Sequence record: OQ939939
DNA: 64,000 nucleotides
Reading direction: 5' to 3' (one strand)
From: Escherichia phage SUT_E1620
In this document: positions 39,672 through 48,053 of the stretch, piece by piece
Position numbering within the stretch: position 1 is the stretch's first letter
Layout of the letters: each line of letters begins with the position of its first letter
Made by a program: the position numbers and the translations under genes
Notes under the pieces: generated by a model
Told to the model about the DNA's origin: nothing
The model's database searches: none
Seen by the model: only the letters and a program-made list of their open reading frames with translations

Positions 39672-40147
39672 TGTCGGTTTTCCACATATATACAGATGGT
39701 GCATGTAAAGGCAATCCTGGTTTAGGTGCGTGGGGATTCGTTGTCTATAATGATAATGATGATCGTATTGGCTCTAAATCTGGCTTCAGCCCTAAAACTA
39801 CTAATAACGAAATGGAACTTACTGCAATTGTAGAAGTTCTTCGTTGGTCTACTAAGAAAGATAATCGTCCAGTAATTATCTACACTGATTCTGCTTACTG
39901 CAAAAATGGTATGGAAAGCTGGATGTGGTCTTGGCAGAAGAAAGGCTGGAAGAAGGGAGATGGTGAAACTCCTCTTAATCTAGAACTCTGGCAAGAAGCA
40001 TTTAAACTAACTCAACAGTATATTAACTTCCATGATACCAATCCAACCTTTGTTAAGGTTAAAGGTCACTCAGGTATTCGTGGTAATGAAGAAGTTGATG
40101 CTCTATGCAATACTGTAATTACTGAGCAAGAACTTGCTGAGATGTAA
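39659..40147 (+). CDS. Ribonuclease H
   Basis: HIYTDGACKGNPG, MELTAIVEVL, IYTDSAY and C-terminal GNEEVDAL motifs of RNase HI. Confidence 0.85.
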   Translation: MEQIMSVFHIYTDGACKGNPGLGAWGFVVYNDNDDRIGSKSGFSPKTTNNEMELTAIVEVLRWSTKKDNRPVIIYTDSAYCKNGMESWMWSWQKKGWKKGDGETPLNLELWQEAFKLTQQYINFHDTNPTFVKVKGHSGIRGNEEVDALCNTVITEQELAEM

Positions 40148-40157
40148 TAAATAATTT

Positions 40158-40205
40158 AAAAATTCACTTGCTTAAAGCCCTCGAATTTAGTATAATATTC
40201 GTATT
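40158..40205 (+). promoter_or_regulatory. Sigma70-type early promoter
   Basis: AAAAATTCACTTGCTT (-35 at 40168-40173), N17, TATAAT (40191-40196). Confidence 0.75.
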
Positions 40206-40223
40206 GAAAGTGAGGAGGGCTTT

Positions 40224-40502
40224 ATGCGAATTTACAACTCAAATTCATTAGGATTTAAACCTTTGAGAAAACGCGCACAATCTCCGCGTCAGATCAGAAA
40301 GGCAAATATTGGTGAGCCAGAAACTAGGCTTCCACCACCTCCGGAGCAGCGTCTAGTTTATCTAGATGAAGAATTAGCCGAAAGGGAACGCAAAGCTCAA
40401 GAAGAAATTGAGCGCAAGAAACTGTGTACTGCTCCTGCATATAACAAGGGTGGTTATCAGTACGTTTCCAGTGAGGAACAAGCTAAGATGATCGGCAGAT
40501 AA
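40224..40502 (+). CDS. Hypothetical protein (92 aa)
   Basis: ORF after consensus promoter and GAGGAGGG RBS. Confidence 0.6.
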   Translation: MRIYNSNSLGFKPLRKRAQSPRQIRKANIGEPETRLPPPPEQRLVYLDEELAERERKAQEEIERKKLCTAPAYNKGGYQYVSSEEQAKMIGR

Positions 40503-40509
40503 TTTTTAA

Positions 40510-40560
40510 AAAATTCATTTGCTAAACGCTTCAAAATTTCGTATAATATATCTCATAAAT
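40510..40560 (+). promoter_or_regulatory. Sigma70-type early promoter
   Basis: TTGCTA (40519-40524), N17, TATAAT (40542-40547), downstream CATAAATTGATCAAC box. Confidence 0.75.
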
Positions 40561-40585
40561 TGATCAACAAAAAGGAAAACAAATA

Positions 40586-41101
40586 ATGGCTAAGCAGAAA
40601 AACGCAAAAACTCAGGCAGCTCCGGCAGTTAAAACTTTCGCTCAGACCGAAGCCAATCGTAAGGCTCGTCTGGAACGTCATCTGCGTAAGCATCCTACTG
40701 ATGCTCAGGCTCAGACTGCCCTGAAGTCTGCGGCTCCGGTTCGCCAGAAGCCGAAGGCCAAGAACTCTACTCGCGCAACTGCTAAGCAGGTTGTGTTCAT
40801 CAAGGGTGAAGGTCATAAGTCTGTACCGGTAACTCTGAGCTTTAACGGCGGTGCTGAGATGTTCGCCCGCAACGGTATGGCTCTGAAAGACTACGAAAAA
40901 GCAGTCAATCAGAAGCGTAAGCCAATGGCTGACGTAATGCGTGAATCCCGTGGACAGTTTGGCTCCGTTAAACCGAATATCTTCGGTGTAGAGTACAGCC
41001 GTGACAACGTTCGCGCTCTGTGCTATGGTATCGGTATTAAGTTTACTGGTGCTTCTGATCGTAAATCCGCTAAACCTGCTCGTAAGCGTAAAGCGAAGTA
41101 A
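40586..41101 (+). CDS. Lysine/alanine-rich basic protein, likely highly expressed (unknown function)
   Basis: 171 aa; strong RBS AAAGGAAAAC; host-optimal codons; the 190-aa minus-strand ORF over the same DNA is judged antisense artefact. Confidence 0.65.
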   Translation: MAKQKNAKTQAAPAVKTFAQTEANRKARLERHLRKHPTDAQAQTALKSAAPVRQKPKAKNSTRATAKQVVFIKGEGHKSVPVTLSFNGGAEMFARNGMALKDYEKAVNQKRKPMADVMRESRGQFGSVKPNIFGVEYSRDNVRALCYGIGIKFTGASDRKSAKPARKRKAK

Positions 41102-41107
41102 TGATTG

Positions 41108-41125
41108 ATGGGGCGAAAGCCCCAT
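41108..41125 (+). terminator. GNRA-tetraloop hairpin (weak terminator or processing site)
   Basis: TGGGGC-GAAA-GCCCCA hairpin, weak T-tract; motif recurs at ~41388 and ~43337. Confidence 0.4.
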
Positions 41126-41162
41126 ATATTAACTCTTTCTCTGACTAATTAAGGATATTTTT

Positions 41163-41378
41163 ATGTTCTCTAAGAAACCACGTTCCGTTACTGAAATCGT
41201 TGCTTCCTTTACCACTATTACTGATGAACTTCAAGCTCGTATTGAAGCTGACCAGAAAACTGCTGCTGATATTCAGAAACAGCAAGAAGAACTCGCTCTG
41301 AAACTGGCTGAAACCAATAAGAGTGAAAAATCTGCTCAAACTATTAAGGAAAATATCCTTAAACTGCTGGGCAAGTAA
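41163..41378 (+). CDS. Hypothetical protein (71 aa)
   Basis: ORF with host-optimal codons. Confidence 0.55.
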   Translation: MFSKKPRSVTEIVASFTTITDELQARIEADQKTAADIQKQQEELALKLAETNKSEKSAQTIKENILKLLGK

Positions 41379-41419
41379 TTTAAATCAGGGGGCGAAAGCC
41401 ACTCTTATTTGGAGAAACT

Positions 41420-41632
41420 ATGCGTAACTTCGTTGCAAAGAATGATTTTAACCGTGCTAGCACTCACAAGTCTGCTAGAGACTACACTCGTCTTTCTAAA
41501 CATGAGCTTCTAGAAGAAATCATGGAAGAAAACTGGGATGTTAGTGAAAATGGAACAGACCTGTTTGAAGAAGAGGAACTTCCTCTGAAAGACCCCAAAC
41601 AGTGGGAGTCTATTAAAGAGACAGCTCTTTAA
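41420..41632 (+). CDS. Hypothetical acidic protein (70 aa)
   Basis: ORF with RBS GGAGAAA. Confidence 0.55.
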   Translation: MRNFVAKNDFNRASTHKSARDYTRLSKHELLEEIMEENWDVSENGTDLFEEEELPLKDPKQWESIKETAL

Positions 41633-41662
41633 TAGTTTTCTACAACAATAAAGGACATAATT

Positions 41663-42364
41663 ATGAAATTCAAGCCCTTTGGTATGCTGGACATTGAATC
41701 TCTAGGTACTCCAGGAAATTGCGGTACTACTCATATTGCAATGCCTTCTTTCGCTTTTGTAGCGATGCACGGAATTGATAAAGATCCTGATCTGGTATTC
41801 GTTACTCTAGACGTTCAAGATCAGCTTAATGCGGGTGCTAAGGTAACTGCCTCTACTATTGCATTCTGGATGGATCAAGCTAAAAACAGTCCATCTGCGC
41901 TCCATATTATGGAGGCTCTAAATGGTCGTAATCCTAAACTGATTGCCTTCCGTGATGGTAAGCATCACTGCACTAATGACGTAGGCTCTAATTATGCTGC
42001 CTTCTCTATGGCTCAGAACATTATGGAATTGTCTCTAGGAGATAATGCTCTGTATTACGGCAATGGCCCAGAGTTTGATATGACAATCTACTCTGCAAAT
42101 ACGTTCCATGCCGGAACCAATGAAGAAATAGTTCCGTGGAAATTCTGGAACTTAGGTAACGTTCGATCTTTCCGTAATCAGTGGATGCAAGCTGGTTATA
42201 GCTATAAAGATCTAGAAGCCGAAGGTGCTAGCTGGGCAAAAGCTAAAATGGAAAAAATGGACACCATTCGTTATGGAATCTACCCTGTGAAGCATGATCC
42301 AGCATTCGATGCTTTAGTTGAAAGTTATTGTGTAGCCGTCATGATCGAAAAAATCAAAATTTGA
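41663..42364 (+). CDS. Putative DEDDh-type 3'-5' exonuclease
   Basis: N-terminal MLDIESLG (exo motif I-like DxE), C-terminal HDPAFDAL (motif III-like H...D); weak, by eye. Confidence 0.4.
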   Translation: MKFKPFGMLDIESLGTPGNCGTTHIAMPSFAFVAMHGIDKDPDLVFVTLDVQDQLNAGAKVTASTIAFWMDQAKNSPSALHIMEALNGRNPKLIAFRDGKHHCTNDVGSNYAAFSMAQNIMELSLGDNALYYGNGPEFDMTIYSANTFHAGTNEEIVPWKFWNLGNVRSFRNQWMQAGYSYKDLEAEGASWAKAKMEKMDTIRYGIYPVKHDPAFDALVESYCVAVMIEKIKI

Positions 42365-42410
42365 TTTGCTTTCAGCTCCAAAATTCTGTATAATATATTC
42401 ATAAATTTGA
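42360..42410 (+). promoter_or_regulatory. Sigma70-type early promoter
   Basis: TTGCTT (42366-42371), N17, TATAAT (42389-42394), CATAAATTTGAGAGAAC box. Confidence 0.75.
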
Positions 42411-42434
42411 GAGAACAACAAAAGGAAAACAATT

Positions 42435-42617
42435 ATGCCAGTATCTAAAAACGTCCGTAAAAATGGTAAAGTAGCAAAACGTAACCTGGGTCTACGTCGT
42501 ATGGCTGAACGTCAGTCCGGCATCCAGAAAATCTTTAACGTACTGAATCGCGCCAATCCGAATATTGATAACAGTTCTGATACTGTTCTGCGCACTCTGC
42601 TCGCAATCGGTCTGTAA
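42435..42617 (+). CDS. Hypothetical basic protein (60 aa)
   Basis: ORF after promoter with RBS AAAGGAAAAC. Confidence 0.55.
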   Translation: MPVSKNVRKNGKVAKRNLGLRRMAERQSGIQKIFNVLNRANPNIDNSSDTVLRTLLAIGL

Positions 42618-42668
42618 TAGACCGTTTTTAAAACAAATTCAAATCTCAAACTTCATATAAGGAAGCAA

Positions 42669-43310
42669 ATGATGACTACTCGTATCTCTAAAACTCGTGC
42701 TCTGGCAACTATCAAGTCTCTGGAAGCTAAAATCCGTAAAGCTACTGAACAACAGCTTTTGATTGCTGTTGGTGAAGGTAAAGACAAGAATCAAGTTGTC
42801 GTTGGTGCTGCAATCGAAGTAGATGCTCTGTCTACTCGTATTAAAACTGATTTCCAGTCTCTGCTGGATATGATGACCCAGCGTGATCATCTGAAAGCAG
42901 CGCTGATCAAGAGCAATGCTGAAACTGTTGTAGAGATCGGTTCCCGCTCTATGACTGTTGCGGAAGCAATCGAAGCTAAGCGTTCTATGGAACTCAAAGC
43001 TCAGTTGCTGGCTAACATGCGTAAGCAGTTCCATGCTGCTACTGTTAAGTTTAACACTCAGAAGGCTCAGTTTGATGCCAAGTATGAGCGTTTGCAGGAT
43101 ACCATGGCTACCCGCGATAAGAAGACTTCCGAGGATGAAGTTAAGATGCAGCTTAACCTGCTGGAACTCAAGAACACTCCGTTCCTGATCGATCCGCTGG
43201 AGCTGGAAAAGCTGATCAAGCAACACGACGAAGAATACCAGGACTTTGCAACCAACGTTGACTTTGTTCTGTCTGAGTCCAACGCCTCTACTTTTATCGA
43301 AGTAGAGTAA
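42669..43310 (+). CDS. Hypothetical coiled-coil protein (213 aa), likely highly expressed
   Basis: Host-optimal codon usage; overlapping minus-strand ORFs judged antisense artefacts. Confidence 0.6.
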   Translation: MMTTRISKTRALATIKSLEAKIRKATEQQLLIAVGEGKDKNQVVVGAAIEVDALSTRIKTDFQSLLDMMTQRDHLKAALIKSNAETVVEIGSRSMTVAEAIEAKRSMELKAQLLANMRKQFHAATVKFNTQKAQFDAKYERLQDTMATRDKKTSEDEVKMQLNLLELKNTPFLIDPLELEKLIKQHDEEYQDFATNVDFVLSESNASTFIEVE

Positions 43311-43684
43311 TAATTTAAAAGACTAGTAAATCGGTAGACGAAAGCCCAAGCATCTTACCTCGCAGCAGCGGTTGAAATACGAGGTTAAATAAGACCGCTG
43401 ACCATACTATAAGGTATAATCTATTGGAGATTATGTTTATTACATCAGACATTTAATCTGACACGTAAAAACAAAAGGTCGTTGGTAGTACCAACACAAC
43501 TTCAAAGATCAACGCTCAAGTATGAAAGCTGAAAAGTTAAAAGCACTCAAACTTCTAACCTTCTAAAGCTAAAAGATGCAAAGTATTCGTTGATGATTCA
43601 AACCCTAGATCAAAGGTACATGGCTCATAAGATATGGCCTGTGGCGCCTCTAGGCTGTTTATCGGTTTACTAGTCTCTCAATTT

Positions 43685-43730
43685 AAAAATGTATTTGCTA
43701 ATTAGTTTAGTTTTCTGTATAATATATTTT
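43685..43730 (+). promoter_or_regulatory. Sigma70-type early promoter
   Basis: TTGCTA (43695-43700), N17, TATAAT (43718-43723). Confidence 0.7.
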
Positions 43731-43753
43731 TAAATTGATGAGACGAGGCTCCT

Positions 43754-44071
43754 ATGACTTTACATATTTTGTTTGATGATGTACGTGACTTAAATGGAAT
43801 GGATATCATCATCAGAAACCCTGATGTAGCGTACGAAATGCTCTATCAGTTACAACTCCAGGGTAATTATCTTTATTTAGATAATGACATGGGTAGTAAA
43901 GTAGAAGGCCACCATTTGTTAAGTCGTATCCTAGAAGATAAAGATTTGTACCCTAAAAAGGTGGTTTTAGTCACCAGCAATTCTGTTGCTGCAGAAAATA
44001 TGCGCCAACAGTTAAAAACAGCTGGTTATCAAGAAAACCCCAATCGTATTGAGTACGATTGGCAGGAGTAA
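43754..44071 (+). CDS. Hypothetical protein (105 aa)
   Basis: ORF after consensus promoter. Confidence 0.55.
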   Translation: MTLHILFDDVRDLNGMDIIIRNPDVAYEMLYQLQLQGNYLYLDNDMGSKVEGHHLLSRILEDKDLYPKKVVLVTSNSVAAENMRQQLKTAGYQENPNRIEYDWQE

Positions 44072-44075
44072 ATAA

Positions 44076-44600
44076 ATGGAAATAACCCAGGAAAACCTAT
44101 TATCCTTATTTCACTACAATAGTGAGGAAGGTAGATTGTACTGGAAAGCTAATCCCAATAAAGCCCCTGCATGGAATGCCAAATGGGCGGATAAGCCTGC
44201 TGGGGCTAAAGATGGGAAATCAATAGTAGTGTCCATTGATAATAAATCATACAGACACCATAGATTAGTATTTTTATATCATAAAGGATACTTACCAGTA
44301 CAAGTTGATCATAAAGATAGGACTAGGCATGACACTAATCCTTTCTGCGATAAAATAGAAAATCTCAGAGACGCCACTCATTCACAAAATAATGCTAATA
44401 AAGATATTGGGAAGGCCAATACTTCTGGCTATAAAAATGTGTATAAAACACATCAAGGGTGGAGGGTTATTGTAAAGAAAGATAAAAAGCCTATAGAGGG
44501 CGGAACCTTTCTTAGTCTAAAAGAAGCGGTAGATGTAGCAAATGATTTAAGGTTTGACCTATTCGGTGAATTTGCACTATACCAGCCGTATAAGGAGTGA
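44076..44600 (+). CDS. HNH homing endonuclease
   Basis: Motif HRLVFLYHKGYLPVQVDHKDRTRHDTNPFCDKIENL. Confidence 0.8.
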   Translation: MEITQENLLSLFHYNSEEGRLYWKANPNKAPAWNAKWADKPAGAKDGKSIVVSIDNKSYRHHRLVFLYHKGYLPVQVDHKDRTRHDTNPFCDKIENLRDATHSQNNANKDIGKANTSGYKNVYKTHQGWRVIVKKDKKPIEGGTFLSLKEAVDVANDLRFDLFGEFALYQPYKE

Positions 44601-44604
44601 TACT

Positions 44605-45054
44605 ATGTTGAAAGTATTACTCCTGCTGGCCACTACTATAAGTAGCTTACCTGCTTATGCCACACATGATGCTAAAGAGATAGACTGTATTGCAAAAAAC
44701 ATCTATTTTGAGAGTCGTGGTGAGGGCACTAAAGGAATGATCGCAGTTGCACAGGTTACTAAAAACCGTGTTAACTCTGGTACTTTTCCTGATTCTTACT
44801 GTAAAGTAGTATATCAGTCTAACCAGTTCTCTTGGGTGGCCAAGAGACCAAAAGTTGATAAAACCGATGAGGCTTGGCAAGTTGCTAAGAATTTAGCTAG
44901 AGTGATATACTACGTTGATTTACCACAAGATCCAACACATGGAGCGTTATACTTCCATAGTGGTAAAGATAAACCGTACTGGACAAAGAAGTTTAAGAAA
45001 ACAACGAAGATTCAAGGCCATACGTTCTACAAGCCTGTGGTTAAGAAAACTTAA
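44605..45054 (+). CDS. Secreted cell-wall hydrolase (SleB-like)
   Basis: Signal peptide MLKVLLLLATTISSLPAYA; motif NIYFESRGEGTKGMIAVAQVTKNRV; start set at internal ATG after AAGGAG. Confidence 0.7.
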   Translation: MLKVLLLLATTISSLPAYATHDAKEIDCIAKNIYFESRGEGTKGMIAVAQVTKNRVNSGTFPDSYCKVVYQSNQFSWVAKRPKVDKTDEAWQVAKNLARVIYYVDLPQDPTHGALYFHSGKDKPYWTKKFKKTTKIQGHTFYKPVVKKT

Positions 45055-45100
45055 AAATTCGATTGCTTAAAGCCTTAAATTTCTGTATAATACTTTCATA
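45055..45100 (+). promoter_or_regulatory. Sigma70-type early promoter
   Basis: TTGCTT (45063-45068), N17, TATAAT (45086-45091). Confidence 0.7.
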
Positions 45101-45122
45101 AATTAATGAGAGGAAGCGAAAT

Positions 45123-45293
45123 ATGAAATCAGTTGTAATTATTGGTGTTAATACTCGTGGTATCCGTACTACGAAAACAGTTAAAACTACTAACGTTGCT
45201 GAAATTACTACAAACCCTAAGAAGTTTGATTTCGCTAAAGTCTCGGCAGTTATGACAGAACAATCTTTTAACCAAGCACTGGGAATTAAATAA
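45123..45293 (+). CDS. Small hypothetical protein (~56 aa)
   Basis: ATG after GAGAGGAAG RBS downstream of promoter; below track size cut-off. Confidence 0.35.
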   Translation: MKSVVIIGVNTRGIRTTKTVKTTNVAEITTNPKKFDFAKVSAVMTEQSFNQALGIK

Positions 45294-45736
45294 TGGAAGA
45301 GAATATTCTAGATGTTTTGCGTAGGGCTTTGCAGGAATCTAAGGTTGATGGTTCTGATAAAGAAGTAGCTAAAAGCTACCAGACCATAATCGGAGATCTT
45401 CAGCGTGTTGATAAAGACTTCATTACTTCTGAACAGTTTGTATCTTATCTAAAAGCTCAACTGAAAAGCATTAATCAGACGAAAGCTAAACTTCACGGTC
45501 AAGACCTTGATAATTATAGCTTGCAGTCTGCTCAGTATGAGTATATACTGAACAAATGGCTACAACAGTATCTGCCGCCTCAGTTATCTGATTCTGAGAT
45601 TCGCAAATACTTTGCAGAATTAGTTAAGTTGAACCCTGGGATTACAAAAGGTATGCTGATGAAAGCGATTAAGGAAGAGTTTCCTGGTCGTTACGACGGT
45701 GGCATTGCTGCTCAGGTTGCTGGCGAATTTAATTAA
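45293..45736 (+). CDS. GatB/YqeY-domain protein
   Basis: 147 aa; pattern YLPxQLSxxEI...GITKGMLMKAIKEEFPGRYDGGIAAQVAGE parallels YqeY C-terminal region. Confidence 0.55.
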   Translation: MEENILDVLRRALQESKVDGSDKEVAKSYQTIIGDLQRVDKDFITSEQFVSYLKAQLKSINQTKAKLHGQDLDNYSLQSAQYEYILNKWLQQYLPPQLSDSEIRKYFAELVKLNPGITKGMLMKAIKEEFPGRYDGGIAAQVAGEFN

Positions 45737-45780
45737 AAATTGATTTGCTAAACGCCTCAAAATTCTGTATAATAGATTCA
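45733..45780 (+). promoter_or_regulatory. Sigma70-type early promoter driving ORF-free tract
   Basis: TTGCTA (45745-45750), N17, TATAAT (45768-45773), CATAAATTAGAGAAC box; no ORF for ~830 nt downstream. Confidence 0.7.
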
Positions 45781-46621
45781 TAAATTAGAGAACAGCGAGC
45801 CGATTACGCTGAGTGAGTTTAGTGATTCCTACTAGGATAGCTATTCCACTGAATAGAGTCGGTGAGTTGGAGACTAGTAAGTACTCTGAGAGAGGCTACG
45901 AGCTAACGCTTATTGCTATTGATAGGGAACTGAAAATCTGCGGAAAACTCGGGAGCTGTCCCGAAATCTCGTAAACTCTTCTCTAGTTTATGTTAGTGGG
46001 GTGTCGAACTGACTTATGTGATAACACTGCCGTCCTAGTATAAACGGTAATATCAAACCGTAACTGGTGGAAGATGCAGGTTCGAATCCTGCGGTCGGAA
46101 AGAATCAGATAACTCGGGCTTATACCGGATAAGCATTCGCTGCTGGAGTACATACTATGACGGTTCAGGAGGTACGCCGCCTGATCAGTATTAGGTTAGA
46201 ATCGAAACAGCTAAACCACGAGGAAACCTGACGGCCTCAACCAAACTCGGAACTCGGGATCACTGCCTAGTGTGTGCCCCGTTTAACATAGAGACTAGGC
46301 ATCGAAAATCGGAGGTGTGATTCTACCAGACCGCGTGAATATGAGAGTGGGAAATGCTGGCATGAGAGATGTCACTAATGGTGCCCAATAGTACAGGTAA
46401 TTCGCGATAATTCCTGTTGAGTGGCAGCAGTAGGCTGGGAGTCATGACCTAAGCCTAACCGAGTTCTTCACATACGGAGAACATAACCACAAAGTCACCC
46501 TGACTTAAACTGGAGGATATTGTCTGACGGAAGGGCTGCAGAGCTTAATCTGAGGGGGCTGACCCTACCTACCGTCGGGTATCTTTAAGAGCTTTTATAA
46601 GAGTTCTTAAAAATACCTAAA

Positions 46622-46693
46622 CGGGGTGTAGTCTAAGGGATAGGCAGGAGTCTTCTAAATTCCTTTATGCAGGTTCGAATCCTGTCACCTCGG
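46622..46693 (+). tRNA. tRNA-Arg (anticodon TCT)
   Basis: Hand-folded cloverleaf: acceptor CGGGGTG/CACCTCG, anticodon loop CTTCTAA, T-loop GGTTCGAATCC, 3' GCCA. Confidence 0.75.
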
Positions 46694-46722
46694 CCAATTT
46701 TATTAACTGTTAGGAAAATAAA

Positions 46723-46923
46723 ATGAAAACACGATATATAGTAAAAGTAGTAGGTGAACATTCACAAGTAAATACCACCGATGTTACAGCACTAGCATTT
46801 GAGGTAATCTCCGGTATAGTCATATTTCATAATGGAGATATCAAAGCTCCTGAATTTGCTGTGGATGCTAGCCTGTTTATTTCTGCAACTAAAGTAACTG
46901 TAGTAGCTAACTCTTCTAAATAA
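46723..46923 (+). CDS. Hypothetical protein (66 aa)
   Basis: ORF with RBS AGGAAAA. Confidence 0.5.
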   Translation: MKTRYIVKVVGEHSQVNTTDVTALAFEVISGIVIFHNGDIKAPEFAVDASLFISATKVTVVANSSK

Positions 46924-46934
46924 TAAGGAAATAT

Positions 46935-47879
46935 ATGTTTACTAAAAACACTAAAGAACTGACTTCCGATCAAAAAGTAATTCGTACTATTAAACGTTGG
47001 GGTGTTGGTGCTGTAGTTGGTCTTGGCGCTCTTATTCTGGCTCTCAATTCCTATACAGTTGTTCAGGACGGTACGGTTAAAACTCAGACTTTCCTGGGTA
47101 AAGTTAGTCCTAATCCTGTATTGCCGGGGTTCCATATTGTTAACCCATTTGCTTCTTTTGATACTTTTAGTACGAAAGATATTTCCATGAAACTGGATAA
47201 ACTTCAGGTTCCTAGCCAGGATAAGTTTAAGTCTACTGTTGACATTACCGTTATGTTGCAGTTTGATGGTGCTAAAGCTCCTATGAACCGTGTTAACGCA
47301 GGTACTCAGGATCAAGCTCTGAACAAGTACGTTGAAGAGAAGATGCTGTCTACGATTCGTGAGTTTGGTAAGTCTGTACCAAAAGCACAAGATCTGTTCG
47401 ACGCTAAGATTCAGGCTCAACTGCAAACCGCTATTCAGCAAGAAGTAGAAGAGTACGCGCGCCCTTATGGTTACACCGTTAAGCAAGTATTCCTTCAGGA
47501 TATTACTCTGCCACCGGTAATTATGGAACAGGTACAGAACACCAAAGTTCGTGAAGAACAAGTTAACGCTGCAAAAGCTGAACTGGCTCGTGTTGAACAA
47601 GAAGCACAGCAGAAAGTTAAGCAAGCTGAGGCAGATCGTTCCGCTCGTGAAAATATGGCAGTAGCTAACGAACGTGACGCAGATGCTAAACTGTACGCAG
47701 CTAAGAAAGAAGCTGAAGCTAACGCCGCTCTGCAACGTACCATTACTCCTGAAATGATTCGTTGGAAGCAGCTGGAAGTTGAAATGCTTCGTGCTGAAAA
47801 ATACCAAGGTGGTGTACCGCAGACTGTTGTCGGTACTGGCTACGATGGTCAAATGATCATGGATATGCGTAACAAGTAA
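46935..47879 (+). CDS. SPFH/band-7 (prohibitin-like) membrane protein
   Basis: N-terminal TM helix (WGVGAVVGLGALILAL), SPFH-like core, C-terminal coiled coil; 341-aa minus-strand ORF here judged antisense artefact. Confidence 0.7.
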   Translation: MFTKNTKELTSDQKVIRTIKRWGVGAVVGLGALILALNSYTVVQDGTVKTQTFLGKVSPNPVLPGFHIVNPFASFDTFSTKDISMKLDKLQVPSQDKFKSTVDITVMLQFDGAKAPMNRVNAGTQDQALNKYVEEKMLSTIREFGKSVPKAQDLFDAKIQAQLQTAIQQEVEEYARPYGYTVKQVFLQDITLPPVIMEQVQNTKVREEQVNAAKAELARVEQEAQQKVKQAEADRSARENMAVANERDADAKLYAAKKEAEANAALQRTITPEMIRWKQLEVEMLRAEKYQGGVPQTVVGTGYDGQMIMDMRNK

Positions 47880-47902
47880 TAGTTACACGTAATCTTCGAA
47901 CC

Positions 47903-47938
47903 AAGCCCGCGTTTCCTCCGAGAGCGCGGGCTTTTCTG
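47903..47938 (+). terminator. Rho-independent terminator (first of tandem pair)
   Basis: AAGCCCGCG...CGCGGGCTT hairpin followed by TTCTG. Confidence 0.75.
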
Positions 47939-47954
47939 TATTTAAGGCAAAAGA

Positions 47955-47992
47955 AAAAGCCCCTTACCTTTCGGCAGGGGCTTTTGTTTTTT
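47955..47992 (+). terminator. Rho-independent terminator (second of tandem pair)
   Basis: AAAAGCCCCT...AGGGGCTTTT hairpin followed by GTTTTTT. Confidence 0.8.
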
Positions 47993-48053
47993 GGTTTAGA
48001 ACCATACTCTTGGTGTACAGCAACCACCCATACGGGAGAGAGAGGAATCAAAC

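Noticed and set aside
40553-41125. 190-aa minus-strand ORF covering the same DNA as the lysine-rich + strand gene
   Set aside because: The + strand ORF has a consensus promoter, strong RBS and host-optimal codons; the minus-strand frame is a low-complexity mirror image with no expression signals.
42639-43310. Minus-strand ORFs (42639..43226, 43067..43282) and internal + ORF 42958..43188 within gene 42669..43310
   Set aside because: Shadow ORFs generated by strong codon bias of the real + strand gene; no independent signals.
46021-46105. Possible tRNA built on the canonical T-arm at ~46076-46092
   Set aside because: No 7-bp acceptor pairing could be found for the 3' segment GGTCGGA within 100 nt upstream and there is no CCA; kept only as an orphan T-arm inside the ncRNA candidate.
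46827-47852. 341-aa minus-strand ORF antisense to the SPFH/prohibitin-like gene
   Set aside because: Low-complexity L/F/S-rich translation with no promoter or RBS, entirely inside a well-supported + strand gene followed by terminators in the + orientation.
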